From the NCBI GenBank assembly GCA_000004985.1, contig GG738920.1: a DNA stretch of 64,000 nucleotides; one strand, 5' to 3'. Shown piece after piece: positions 32,578-44,546 of the stretch; within the stretch, counting starts at the first letter, position 1; each line of letters begins with the position of its first letter. The stretch comes from Naegleria gruberi (Eukaryota). The notes under the pieces were generated by a model that was not told the DNA's origin, did no database searches, and saw only the letters and a program-made list of their open reading frames with translations. Position numbers and translations under genes: made by a program.

Positions 32578-34101
32578 ATGGAAGTTGCAGTTTCGTATTC
32601 TAATCAACAACAACAACATCTTGGAGGTGTTGTTGATGATCTGCAGCAAGTTGTCCTTTTGGAAGATATTTCTATTGGGTTGACTTGTGGAAATTCATAC
32701 AATACTTCTTTGGAGAGTATTGTGATGGAAGCATTCCGAGAATTTTCATCAGAAAGTATTGATAATTATTCGAAAGGAGTTACATTGATTCCTTTGGATT
32801 TATTGCTTGGTAAAGAAGAGATCAAGCAAGGAATTCCTATTGTAAAGTGTAAAACTATTTGTAAATATGTAGATAATTTGTGCCATTCCCTTTCAACTAA
32901 TTCAATGTGGAGATTTGTGGCTCCTCAAGCTTTGATGGACACAGTTTCGAATAAGATTATTTTCAAGTATTTGAATAGACAATTTTCACTGCTGCACTTG
33001 GCATGTATTTTCAATAGATTGGATCTGTTGGAATGGTTAGAAGCTTTATGTTGCGAGTTGAATATTTGTGATGAGATTAATCATTGCCCATCATGTCATC
33101 AGAGAAGAGAAAATTTGTGGTCAACTGTCAAAGATTCGAATGACGTGTTTCCTTTATTTTATTCGATAGAATTCGGCTCATTGGAATGTTGTGCCTTCCT
33201 GTGCTCTCAACCGATTGTGAGAGATAGCCAATTGAACTTGAAGAGGGATCACTTGGGTAATCTTCCAATTGCTTTAGCTTTACAAAAGAAGGATTATGTA
33301 ATGTGTGATACCTTGAGATTATTTGGCGCCTCGTTTGATGTTACGAATGGGTTATCATTTGGCCTGGGACTTGCTGAGAGTTTGATGCATCAAATTATGA
33401 GAAAGCAAGACTATGAAGGTTTCAGATATCTAGCTACTCATTCGCCTAAAGTTATTCTGAAAAAGAATCAGAGAGGTGAGTCTCCTCTCTTCTCTTGTCT
33501 AAAGGATAAGAGAAATAATTACAAAGATGATTTGGTACAAACAACTGCTAGTTTTGGAAGCGTGGACGGCAAACCAATCTATGTTCCTTCGTATATTCTC
33601 TTCTTTTCCAAAATATTGGAAAGCTCTGTATCTCTATTGGGTGAAGAACTCTTACAAAAGGCTCTCCTCTCTAGAAATAACTTTGGAAGAAATGTCTTAA
33701 TGGAAAGTGTAATCATGCACGACTTTGAAAGTTCCAAATTGTTGTGTAAATTCCTGATGAGAAATTACTTGTCTGAGGGTAATGCAAGATTTTCTGCTGG
33801 TGTTTCAATGAACAAGTACAACTTTTTGAAGGAATTAGTCTTTGATAAGGACATTACTGGAATGACAATCTTCTTTTATGCCTTTAGCACCACAGTGAGA
33901 TATATTTCTCTAACGAACGAGAGTGCAAATCAAACTTATCAAATGTTGACCAAACTGTACAAACATACCTCTGCCTCTAATCAGACACTAAAGGCCTATC
34001 TCAAAGAAAAGTACTCTACCAAGAATTTGGATGTCAAGACTCGTAATTTAGTATCTTCTTCATTCAAATACTGGCAGAAATTGGAAGATTCAACTGAATA
34101 A
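32578..34101 (+). CDS. ankyrin-repeat-like protein (507 aa)
   Basis: Several ANK-like units (FSLLHLACIFNRLDLLEWL..., FPLFYSIEFGSLECCAFL..., GNLPIALALQKKDYVMCDTL..., GESPLFSCLKDKRNNY...). Single exon. Confidence 0.6.
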   Translation: MEVAVSYSNQQQQHLGGVVDDLQQVVLLEDISIGLTCGNSYNTSLESIVMEAFREFSSESIDNYSKGVTLIPLDLLLGKEEIKQGIPIVKCKTICKYVDNLCHSLSTNSMWRFVAPQALMDTVSNKIIFKYLNRQFSLLHLACIFNRLDLLEWLEALCCELNICDEINHCPSCHQRRENLWSTVKDSNDVFPLFYSIEFGSLECCAFLCSQPIVRDSQLNLKRDHLGNLPIALALQKKDYVMCDTLRLFGASFDVTNGLSFGLGLAESLMHQIMRKQDYEGFRYLATHSPKVILKKNQRGESPLFSCLKDKRNNYKDDLVQTTASFGSVDGKPIYVPSYILFFSKILESSVSLLGEELLQKALLSRNNFGRNVLMESVIMHDFESSKLLCKFLMRNYLSEGNARFSAGVSMNKYNFLKELVFDKDITGMTIFFYAFSTTVRYISLTNESANQTYQMLTKLYKHTSASNQTLKAYLKEKYSTKNLDVKTRNLVSSSFKYWQKLEDSTE

Positions 34102-34245
34102 ATACTATTCCATAACCTTTTAATCTTACATGTACTATTATTGTTACTCTTTTATAATAATTTTAAATTGTTTTTATTTTATTTAGGATTTAGTGAGCTT
34201 AGTTGTCTAGGTCAATTTACATAGGTTTCTTTCTTCTAACAATAA

Positions 34246-36560
34246 TTATTTGAGAATAACAACTCTAGAATTGGTATAGTCAGCAAGGTACAAGTCACCA
34301 GTCTTTTCATCAAAGAAGGAACCAACAACACGACCGAATTGATCCTTACCCAATGAACCATTGTAACTGGCAGTGAAAACACCAGAATCCAAATTGAAGA
34401 AAGTGATTCTATTGTTACCACCATCACAGACAACAACATTCTTAAGAGTTTCATCAATGGCAATACCACGTGGGTTGATAAATTCCATACTTCCTTGGCC
34501 TTCCTTTCCGTAGACTCTCAAAGATACAAATTCGTGATTATCCTTATCAATACCAATAATGTGCATTCTGTGACTGCCATATTCCGAGACAATGAGATTA
34601 TTATTGATGGACAAGTAGATACCTTCTGGTTGATTGAAGAGAATACCGTCCTTATCATCCTTCTTTGAACCAAAGACCTTGAGTGGTTTACCATCAGAGG
34701 CCTTCAAAACCTTAACACGATGATTTTCACCATCACAAACAAAGACAGTGTTACCACCAGTTTGAGCCAATTCTGGGAACATTTGATTGATCTTTCTAGA
34801 GGTACAAACGATAACACCAGCAGGTTCATTGAACAAGGAAATATCGCTACCCTTCTTCTTACCTGAGGTCCAGATTGGTTCAACCTTTTCCTTTTCGTGA
34901 GCTGTCAACAATTGCTTCAAATTGTACTTGTAGACACAGTGATTGTCACAAGTGTAAATCAAAGCATCATTATTACCTTCAAAGTTTGGTTCAATGGCCA
35001 AATATCTTGGATTCTTTGGTGTCTTGTGAGTAGCCTTGTATTCCTTAGTTTTGAGATCAAAGAATTGAATTCTATTGTTACGACTGTCAGAGACAATGAT
35101 AACTCCACAATTGTGTGAAACTTTAACATCCCATGGACCCTTGAACAAGTCATTATCACTACCTTCCTTACCAGTCTTTCCAATAACACCAGCATGTTCA
35201 AATCTCATAGAATATTGTTTGAATGGAGTTGAAGCTTCGGTGACAGTTGGAGTGCTAGAAGCAGATGTAACAGTGGCAGTTGAAGAGTTGGCAGGTTGTT
35301 CGGAAACTGGAGTAGTGGCAGGTGACTTTGAAACTGGAGTTGGAGCTTTAGTCTTTGGATCAGTTTTGATGATTTCACCCAATTGTGCAATTTCACGTTG
35401 AACATATTTGAGCATGGTTTCAACATTGGTGAGTTGAACATCGTGAACTTCTTCCAAAAGTAAATACTTGAAGAAGGTCTTCAAATCTTCGAAAGATTGA
35501 AGTGTTTGTGGAAGTTTACCTAATTTTCTATCCATCATTTCAAAGCCAGACATTTCAGCCAATTTATCAAATTCAGCAATGTAATCGACGGAAATCTTCT
35601 TTAAATCAATAACTCTATTGGTATAGGTAATTTGTTTTTGACAAATTTCATCAATATCGGCATTCAATTGATCTTGTCTATCTTGTAAAGATTGTCTTAA
35701 ACCATCGAAAATAACTTGAACTTCTTCCTTCAATCTAGTTCTTTCCTTTTCAATCAATGTACTTTCTTCTTCTAATTCATTATCATGGGTTTTATGTGAT
35801 TCTTCCCATTCTTTCAATGAATCTCTCAAATTTTGCAAAACCTTTTCCAAATTGGCACGTTCTTCTGGTTCAATCTTTGAAATCATGTTGACTTCTCCGT
35901 GACCTTCACGATGTTCTTCAATAGCACAAGCAGAACAAACCAATTTCTTACAACTTCCACAGAAAGTGTTGATAGGAATGTGGTGAATTAAACACAATGG
36001 GGCAGGACCTCCAAAAGTACCTGTTGTGTTAATTGTTGAGGCAACCATTGGACTGGCAGTTGTTGATGAGCTGATACTTTGACGTGGAGTTGGTGGCAAA
36101 TGTCCTTCATGATTGTGCAAGTGTTGTCCCAATAGAATACCACTTCCTGAGAGTGATTGTGAGGAGGCTCCAATAAAATCGATCACTTGATGGGAAGGTT
36201 CTTTCTTTCTGTGGATAGCAGCATCACGAGCACACAAGAAAAGATTACAGTCTGTGTGTAAAATAGATGAAATTTTAACACATCACACAATGATTGACAT
36301 TTCGACCCATCATCATTGACGTTCAACAATAGCCATTGAAAATCAGCAAAAAATAGAAAATATCGTTAAAATCTTGTACAAATAAATTACTACGTACCAA
36401 TACATTGACTTTTTGCTTCTTGGAAAACATCAACTTCTTCCTTACAGACAAAGCAACATGGTGGAGCTACTTGTTGAGCAGAAAGTGAAGAAATAGACGA
36501 GCTTGAATCAGAGTGGGAAAGTGTGGAAATAGCAACTGGTGGAATGGTGGTTTCACTCAT
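34246..36560 (-). CDS. B-box / coiled-coil / NHL protein (TRIM-NHL-like but with no RING). Exons 36560..36398 and 36251..34246, intron 36252..36397.
   Basis: Exon 1 is MSETTIPP...APPCCFVCKEEVDVFQEAKSQCIG. Exon 2 continues |DCNLFLCARDAAIH... (first Cys/His-rich B-box-like unit), then a second unit LCLIHHIPINTFCGSCKKLVCSACAIEEHREGH. A long coiled coil follows, then five or six NHL units (SRNNRIQFF, ENHRVKVL, GSHRMHII, GNNRITFF, TNSRVVILK). Confidence 0.7.
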
Positions 36561-37203
36561 TTTTTTAAAGTGGTTTTTTAACGGTTGATGTGTGGCATGT
36601 GAAGAGACATTAAGTCTGACGGGGTTCAGAGAATCATCTTCCGCAATCAGAGTGAATGGTTCGATGTAGCTGACCTTGTGGGAAGGTGAATCGTACGCTT
36701 GATGACAAGTGTAAATTTTTGGTATGATGTTTGACGCTTTCAAAATGATTAGGTAAGGGGACAGTCCTTAATATTCTTTTGACCGTTTTTTTTCTAACAA
36801 TGCAACTACAGTTACCTCTTTGGAATTGATTCAGCATATTAGCATCGCCCAACAAAAGCAATTAGGACTTCATATAAAGAAATATTTTGGTGGCTACATT
36901 GTTTTGAAAAATTATATCAAGATAACTATCTTTCATGATCTTTCCGAGGTGTTGATTTACATGTACTTTGCTAATATATAATATTTAATTATGAATTTTA
37001 ATGATAAATATTTAAATATTATTAATGGTGAAGCCTTTGTTGCTTTATATTGGCCTTAAAAAAAATTCTCAAAACCCAAGAAGTGATTTCCCGCTATTTT
37101 TTTTTACGAACTGTACATGACTTGAGTTTGATAATGTAACCCAGCATAGATTGTTTATCGATGAATGTTTCATTGTTGAAGCAACTATTACAAACTTTAC
37201 AAA

Positions 37204-38265
37204 GTGAATGAACACAAAAAAATGCAAACAGCACAGCCTTCATCATATCATCTCGATGGAATTAATAATTGTTCAAACAGCTACCTATTCATTAAAGGCT
37301 GTGAAATGCCCTTTTCCGATGGTTGGATAAATATTGATGTTGGATTATCATCACTCCGATTATTTGAATTCAAATCAGAGGAAATATTTGGAAAAATTAA
37401 AAGAATTGGTATTAAAAAGATTGTATGTGGAGATTATCATGCCATCTTTTTATTAAATGATGGAACTGCTTTTGGGTATGGGCAACGAACAGAGGGACAA
37501 TTGATGGTTGATAGAAATTCGAAACAACATGTTGTTGAAATACCACTTTCCAATATTGAGGATGTTTATTGTGGAAGCAGTTTTACATATTGTTTGATTA
37601 GAAAATCAAAATGTGAGTTCAAAATGGTTTCTTTTGGGCAAAATATAAACGAATGTTGCTCACAAAGAAAGGAGGAGGGAGATAGGGATGTAATTCATTG
37701 TAATCTAGGAGATGTTTATTATTGGAATGATGGATACAGTCAACCAATGGAATTTCCTCCTCCAAATGAAATTGTTCTTGATGTGAAATGTGGAGCCGGG
37801 AAAGTTGCCATTCTCACAAAACACTACAAGGATAATCAGAGATTTCTATATTCGATTGGGATTTATGAAAAGAATTTTGGAATTCTACGAAACAAGTATC
37901 TCAGTAGAAGAATACTCTGGAGAACCTACGACAATACGGAATATTTAACGTTGTTCCAGAATTACATAGTATTCCACATGAAGGAGGGACTAAACTATAG
38001 TGATGAAGATATTGAAGAGTATTCCAATAGAATGTTTTCGGAAAGATTCCAGTTGGATTATTTTGGGAAATTATTTGAACTCCCGATATATTCATCTCCA
38101 CCAAGATACCAAATATTGCCAAACGTGAAAATAGAAAAGATTGTAAGTGATTTGGCAGCTTTATCCGCAGAAGGTGATGTTTATGATTTAATGAGCAAGA
38201 GAAAGATTGAGTTTCATGAATTACTTACTGATTTAGATCAGAAAACATTTAAAATGGATAAGTAA
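37204..38265 (+). CDS. RCC1-like repeat protein (353 aa)
   Basis: Units such as CGDYHAIFLLNDGTAFGYGQRTEGQL and KCGAGKVAILTK fit the RCC1/beta-propeller blade pattern (G-x-H-x-hhL-DG-V-x-G-N-GQLG). Divergent, so low certainty. Confidence 0.5.
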   Translation: MNEHKKMQTAQPSSYHLDGINNCSNSYLFIKGCEMPFSDGWINIDVGLSSLRLFEFKSEEIFGKIKRIGIKKIVCGDYHAIFLLNDGTAFGYGQRTEGQLMVDRNSKQHVVEIPLSNIEDVYCGSSFTYCLIRKSKCEFKMVSFGQNINECCSQRKEEGDRDVIHCNLGDVYYWNDGYSQPMEFPPPNEIVLDVKCGAGKVAILTKHYKDNQRFLYSIGIYEKNFGILRNKYLSRRILWRTYDNTEYLTLFQNYIVFHMKEGLNYSDEDIEEYSNRMFSERFQLDYFGKLFELPIYSSPPRYQILPNVKIEKIVSDLAALSAEGDVYDLMSKRKIEFHELLTDLDQKTFKMDK

Positions 38266-38966
38266 AGTTTCAATGTAGATATTTCAAGCAATGGAAAGGT
38301 ATTATTTATTCTCGTGAAGAGAGGGTTGTACAGAACAAAAGAGGTTATCAGATTTTGGGAATTAATTAGAAAGGAATCATTTCATGATATATTGTTCAAA
38401 CATAATGATGAAATATCTCAAACTGAATATCCTAAACCTTCAGTTGAAAAAGCACTCCAAAACGAATAGTTCTCAATCGAGTGTAGGATCTATTGGAAAT
38501 TTCTTTTCGAATTCCAAACAAAAAGATTTAGGATATCAGTAAGGTGTGGAGATAACTCAACAACTGCTTAGGTCTTATTTTGATGTGGCCTCAAATAAGC
38601 TTTGTTACATAGCAGGTCAATGCCGAATATGCAGATATTATCAAAAAGGAAGTAGGATGCATTGTTTGATTTGATATTCAATCACTATACATCAATTATT
38701 GAGCTGTATTTTACAATTGCTTATCTCTTCATATTTGTATTGTGCCAGGCAAACTTACAACAAGTTGATGCCGGTTGACTTGCTAACATTTTGTTATCAA
38801 ACCCCATCACATAGTCTCGTTATATACAATCAAAGATTGACGAGAATTATACAAAGAAAGTGATTTCCCGTATGAACTTTTCAATGGCAGATGACATTAT
38901 TGTTAGATAATTACAGTTTCATCTCCAAGGAGGATATCAAAAACTAAAAAACAAACTAAAGATACC

Positions 38967-41393
38967 ATGAAGATAGTACCAGAAGAAAGTATCAACGAGA
39001 ATGAAGAAGAAGTTGAATTGCTTCTTCCTTCTCAAAAGAAAGGCATTTTGAAAGGAATTATGCCACTCAACCTGTTCATTGTCTTTACAATATCCATTTT
39101 AATTTTGAGTGGCAGTTTATTGTTGTGGGGAGCTTCCTATGCATTAACCAAACAAGCAATTACAGAACTTTCCAATAGTTTAATCAGAGTTTCAGGTGAG
39201 AAAATTGTTGGTTTTTTGGATGGAATGCTAAAACCCGTGTCTATGGAAACTAGATCAATGGCCAGAGAATACATGCTCTCTACTCTAGATTTTAATATTA
39301 ATCAGCAACGTGGCTATCTGTATCCAAAGGTTTTGGACTTTGGCAACAATGGAGTTGGTTACTTTTTTGAAAAACCTTACAATGCCAGATATACCTATAC
39401 TTATCCAGTTGGGTCTGCATTCATGAATTATGTCTATCAAGCATTTGGAAGTCCACTGTCAATCACTGACAGAATTAATATCACAACAGCATATCCTGTC
39501 AAGTTGAATTATACAGTCAGCTCAACTCCTTATATTAACAATATTCAACCTTTTTATAACTATACAGTTGAGAGGACTAAAACTTTGGGAGTTGATGGAG
39601 TTTTTGGTGATCCATATGTTACAGGAGGTAAGTATCAACACAATTGATGAAATCAAACTCAATTGTTGACAGGTGTCATGACAATTTATTATTCTCATTT
39701 ACTCTTTAACCCAACACTTTATCAAAAGAATAGAACGAGAGACATGGTGGGTGTTGCAAAAATCAATCTTTCCCTCAAAGCTGTTGCTAATTACCTTTCC
39801 ACAATTAGACTTTTAGGAAGTGGCTATGTTGTGTTGGGAGACAACTCTGGAACCTATCTAGGAGCAAGTTTATTTGTCAATTCTACTACCAATACCATCT
39901 TTGATTTGACAGATCGAAATGCTGGTTTATTACTGAGACAATTCTTTAATATGAATGGAAATTCAACTAATTTTGATAATTCCACTTCCTTCATAATGGT
40001 TGGAGAGCTTGATGAAATTTCTTACATTATTACACCACTCAAGTATAGATTAGAGAATGTGGATTGGAATATTTTCTTTATATTGTACGAACAGGAAGTG
40101 ACAGCTACTTTAATGTTGACAACTTATATTTCGATTGGTGTGACAGCTGGTGTTGTGATTATTGGTTTATTGTCAAGTTTGTTTATAGGGTTGGTTGTTT
40201 CTAGACCTATGAAATTCTTGGAGAAGCAATTCAAGCTTATTAAGGTCTTTGATTTGGATAATGTTGTTTCGAATAAGTCAGTTTTCAGAGAAGTCAACTC
40301 AATTTTCAATAATCTGGACGAAACCATTGATTGGTTGAAGGAAATCAAATCGTTCGTTCCTCCATATATCCTTGAACAAATCCAAAACAGTGAACAAGTT
40401 CAAAAATCAAATACCCAGGAAACAGTTGGAGAAACCAACCGAAAGTCAGTCACTTCATTCCATTCCCAACCTCATTCCAAAGGTGAATCTGGAGCTAGTT
40501 TCCACACAGTTGCTCAATCTTCTTACAAGAATTCAAAGTCACTTTTCAAAATGGGATTAATTGAAAATCCTTCAGCTATCATTACTATTAGAACTGAAGC
40601 TGACAGTCCACATATTTTGGAAGAAGCTTTCAAAGAATTGGTGGTTGCTTTGGGACCTGTCGTGAAGGTTTCTCAAGGAAATTTGCAAATTATTTCATAT
40701 AATCATTTCCAATTGTCATTCACTGCCAATCAACTAGATTCTAAATTGGCTGAAAAAGCTTTTGAAACAGCACTCAAAATTTTCAAAGCTTCTCGATCCA
40801 TTAAGAATCCGATTGATGTAAGAATGGGTGTCTGTGTCAACAAGAGCCACTCTGGAAATTTAGGAACAAATACTTCAAGACATTACATGGTGGTGGGTAA
40901 AGCAGTTGAGCTCTCGGACAAATACTGTGAGTTAGCTTCATTGATGAAGGTGAACATAATTTCAGATTTAGCATCCTTCCAAAAATCAGAGAAATTCATT
41001 GCTAGACCTTTGGACAGGATTGGTTTTGATATGGAAAAAGTTATTGTCTGGGAAGTAATTGATAAGAAAAATGAAGAGAATGATGAATGGTTGTATGAAT
41101 TGGAACGCTCAAAGGAGAATAACAAGTTTAAGGAATACTCCAAAGTATTCGAAATGTTGGAAGAAAAGTTCTGGGAGGTAAATAGAGAAACTGATGATGT
41201 AATTGGAGAATTAGGTAAATCCATTTCAGTTCTGGAAAATTGGTTGAATTCTAATAACAAGGATTCAGGCACAGTTGAGAAATTGTTAAACCATCTCAGA
41301 AAAGTCATGAACAATTCATATGATAATATTTCTCAATTGAAAGATTTTGTTATGAGCTATTCGACAGCTTTTGTCTCTAAGAAATTAATGTAA
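38967..41393 (+). CDS. two-TM membrane sensor with an extracellular Cache/CHASE-like domain and a C-terminal degenerate class III nucleotidyl-cyclase-homology domain (ACG-like topology). Exons 38967..39627 and 39673..41393.
   Basis: TM1 LNLFIVFTISILILSGSLLLWGA; extracellular ~300 aa; TM2 LMLTTYISIGVTAGVVIIGLLSSLFIGLVV. The C-terminal block VRMGVCVNKSHSGNLG...RHYMVVGKAVELSDKY aligns with cyclase motifs R-I-G-I-H-x-G..G / YDVWGDTVNVASR, but the positions of the catalytic Asp, Asn and Arg are substituted. The 45-nt intron (G|GTAAGT ... ttgacag|GT) joins track ORFs 38967..39647 and 39663..41393 in frame. Confidence 0.65.
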
Positions 41394-41601
41394 AAATAGT
41401 ATTTAATAATTATGATGAATTGTTTTATTCTGTTTCGAGTGCAACAATTCTCATCTAAACAGGTAAGCTTCAACAAAATGGTGATCAACATTTTCGCATG
41501 GTAAACGCTGTTCTCAGAAAGAGAGAATCTGTCAACATGATTGTGTTATTGGTATAAGGAGCTTAGATCGTCCAGAACTCTTCTCAAAAGAGATTTAAAC
41601 C

Positions 41602-42339
41602 TTAGTGAACTCCAAAAATTCCTCTGACAAACATTCTGTTAATAACCATTGGTTCATTCTCCTCTTCATTCTCTTCAACCTCAACTGGAGGAGTTGGTTT
41701 CAACAGCTTTTTCTTTTCTAGTTTTCGTTCCTTTCTTTGTGCGTGATAGAGATGTTTGTGAATGGCATCAGAATTGTTAACAACCAACGGAACACTCTCC
41801 ATCATGAATTCTTCGTGAACTGGTGGATCACTCCTTATTGAAGGAGCTTCCATTGAGGCATAATGTTTCCTCAGAGAAGTATAATCCACACTCTGAGCAA
41901 CCATTCGCTTCTTCTTTTTAAGCTTTTCTTCCATTCTTTCATAGATTGCTCTGTCAGTGAGTGGAGGTTGAACATTTGGTGGAAGAACTTGCTGCTGTTG
42001 CTGTACTATATCTTCTTCTTCCTTAATGTTATAGATATTTAAATAGGGCACTATTCTTCTTCGATGATGAATATCGGGTAAGACCATTCTCGATTCTTGT
42101 TGATTGTCTAAGATTGAAGGTGCTTTGGTTGCCTCATTATTATTACGATGATGGCGATGATGATGCTTTCTATGATGCTTCTTATGATTTGTTAAGGCCT
42201 TTTGCTGAGGATGATTCCCAGTAGGAGTAGGAACAATATATCTTCTTATTCCTTGATGACATGTTGTTGAGGGAGTACTAGAGTGAAGTTGTTGTTCTTG
42301 TTTGTTAGTAACACTACTCGAAACGGCCATGTCTTTCAT
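41602..42339 (-). CDS. hypothetical basic, His/Lys-rich protein (245 aa)
   Basis: ATG-initiated ORF. Contains HKKHHRKHHHRHHR and K/E-rich stretches. No family recognised. Confidence 0.45.
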   Translation of the reverse strand: MKDMAVSSSVTNKQEQQLHSSTPSTTCHQGIRRYIVPTPTGNHPQQKALTNHKKHHRKHHHRHHRNNNEATKAPSILDNQQESRMVLPDIHHRRRIVPYLNIYNIKEEEDIVQQQQQVLPPNVQPPLTDRAIYERMEEKLKKKKRMVAQSVDYTSLRKHYASMEAPSIRSDPPVHEEFMMESVPLVVNNSDAIHKHLYHAQRKERKLEKKKLLKPTPPVEVEENEEENEPMVINRMFVRGIFGVH

Positions 42340-42906
42340 TCAAAATTTATCAATTTCTCTCTTCTAAATATTATAATGCCTCTTGATGTGTTTGTTGTTA
42401 ATTGAGGGCGATGGTTTTCTTCAAAATCAAACGTTCAGTTTTGCTTTGGTGTTGGCTGGCGAGTTTTACTTCTTTTTTTTTGTTGTTTTAATTTGCTTAA
42501 TAGAACCAAAAGGAGAGGACTTTTTCCTCATTGGTCGTTGTGGCAGTTATTAAGATTTCAAACCACCTGCAGGAAAAGACCTTTTATCTCCAAGCATCTT
42601 TTTCATTAAGGATTCTCGCAGTGTTTGTTGGTGACTGTTCACGAATCCATTAAATTGCAACTTTTGGAAAGGTCCAAACTTTTTCTAATTATATTTATTA
42701 ATTGTTCTTTCTTCATCATCGTGGGATTGTTGACAGTAGTGAATGCTCATTCACTCACAAAATTGAAAACTAATCCATCTAAAAATCATATTGTTCATCT
42801 AATGTACATTGTCTACAGAAAATTTCACATGTCTGAAGGTACTTCTTTCATCTTCGAATACTTCATAATATTTTCTAATATTTCGAATATCTTCGGTGAA
42901 AATCAA

Positions 42907-43719
42907 TTAACTTTGATCAATTTTGAAATCAAACAAGTTAATTCTCAAAAAGACATATAGAAATATTGAAAATCCTGCCATGAAAATCATCACCCCTCCA
43001 AAGGTCAATACAACAAACACTGAAAACATTGAAATCAAAAGGGATGAGAATGATCCCTCTCCAAAATATGAAATTCTAATGCTTCCATTTGAATCCTTTC
43101 CTCCTTTCCAACATGAATCCATATCATTGTGAATGTCTACGGTAAAAAGGCCTTTCTCTCTTAAAATGACACATGCCAAATTGTCATTTCCTTCCTTTTT
43201 CAAATTTGAGGTCACATAGCAGACATGTCTCGAAGTCAAACTGTCGTCACCATTCACCCGATCGATATTTTTGCATTCAGACAAGATCAACCTCTCATAA
43301 CCATTCATCATGGGCACAAATGATGAAATCACAATCGAATCCGATCCACCATCATTTTCCTTCCTCTCGTGCTCTGAATCTGAATGACTACCACTCTGAT
43401 ATCTCACAAATGTATTATAAATCGAACGATCCAACACATGTGCTGATAAATCACCTCTCTCAATAATTTTCTTCTTGAATTGTGAGGACGGAAGTGAATT
43501 TAATCTCGACTTGATCTCTCTGCTCTCATCAACTGTTGATTGTTTTACCGAAAAAGCAGCAGAAGGAATGTTTCCATTCAAAAGATTAGCTCTCCTACTC
43601 CAACTGTCAAGAACATGTCGTGGTAAAAGGGAGCCAGTGGTGATGGTAGAGTAGAAGGCATAGAAACCAACACAGAATAACAAAATGATTATCATAATTA
43701 TTGATACTGTTCCTCTCAT
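42907..43719 (-). CDS. hypothetical type I/II membrane protein (~271 aa from MRGTVSI; track ORF extends to 43806)
   Basis: N-terminal signal anchor IIMIIILLFCVGFYAFY and a C-terminal TM LLISMFSVFVVLTFGGVMIFMAGFSIFLYVFL. No family recognised. Confidence 0.45.
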   Translation of the reverse strand: MRGTVSIIMIIILLFCVGFYAFYSTITTGSLLPRHVLDSWSRRANLLNGNIPSAAFSVKQSTVDESREIKSRLNSLPSSQFKKKIIERGDLSAHVLDRSIYNTFVRYQSGSHSDSEHERKENDGGSDSIVISSFVPMMNGYERLILSECKNIDRVNGDDSLTSRHVCYVTSNLKKEGNDNLACVILREKGLFTVDIHNDMDSCWKGGKDSNGSIRISYFGEGSFSSLLISMFSVFVVLTFGGVMIFMAGFSIFLYVFLRINLFDFKIDQS

Positions 43720-43993
43720 TTTTTTTGTGATAAAAAGCACTTTGAATAGTGTGATGTTTGAATACAGTTGACAGGTTTGGCAAGTCAGAGTTGCAGAAAA
43801 GTACATCCGTACAAACAGAGCTTGAAATTTACAAGGTGCGGCTTCACTAGTTACAAAAATGAATTATCTTTGCTCCTTTTGTGAAAAAAACTGAAGCATT
43901 TTAATCTTCATGATTAGTTTCCAATAAAACTTTTAACACATTATATCATTGAACCTTCTCACCATCTATTGAGGTTTCTTGCCTCATCTTCAT

Positions 43994-44476
43994 TCATCTA
44001 ATACTTCCTTGCAACAACTTTCTTCTCCTAATGAAACAACAATAACATCCAAACACACAAACTGCCACACAACAACAACAAGCCACAATAAGAACCAACA
44101 TTCCAGCAGCAAAGACATTTCTCAAAAAGATTGATCTCTCACCTGGGCTTTCATAAACGAAAATTACATTGCCAGTCAAAATGTCACAATCTGGTTCAAT
44201 ATCAAAGTCTTCATCGACGAGACAATCATAAAAGTTGGTGTTCAAGCCAATTCTGAGTTTGTCATCCTTTTCTTCTATTTTGATACTGAACGGGACAACG
44301 AGAGTTGTTAATTCACTCACTGATGAGCAATTTATATTATTCAGGACAATCATCATTATCGTTGTGATCAGTATTAAGGCAACATTAAATGTGAACAAGG
44401 CACGCAGCGATTTTATTCTGTTCATTTTTTTAAAGTGTTTCATTGAAAAAAGAGAAATCAGAAATGAAACCAACAT
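43994..44476 (-). CDS. hypothetical small membrane protein with a Cys-rich juxtamembrane tail
   Basis: Signal/TM segment ALILITTIMMIVL. C-terminal TM plus a CCCC..C..C.CC cluster (a palmitoylation-like motif). Alternative in-frame ATG starts are at 44476, 44443 and 44425. Confidence 0.4.
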   Translation of the reverse strand: MLVSFLISLFSMKHFKKMNRIKSLRALFTFNVALILITTIMMIVLNNINCSSVSELTTLVVPFSIKIEEKDDKLRIGLNTNFYDCLVDEDFDIEPDCDILTGNVIFVYESPGERSIFLRNVFAAGMLVLIVACCCCVAVCVFGCYCCFIRRRKLLQGSIR

Positions 44477-44546
44477 TAATCTTTAATATTTACAGAAGGC
44501 ACGACTTGTTGGAATCAACCACCATTTTCTCCTTTTTTGGGTTTTC

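Noticed and set aside
38262-38290. A 27-nt GTAAAG...AG candidate intron that would extend the RCC1-like gene past its stop.
   Set aside because: It is shorter than every other intron inferred here (40 nt or more). The GTAAAG donor is non-consensus. It is reported only as a low-interest observation.
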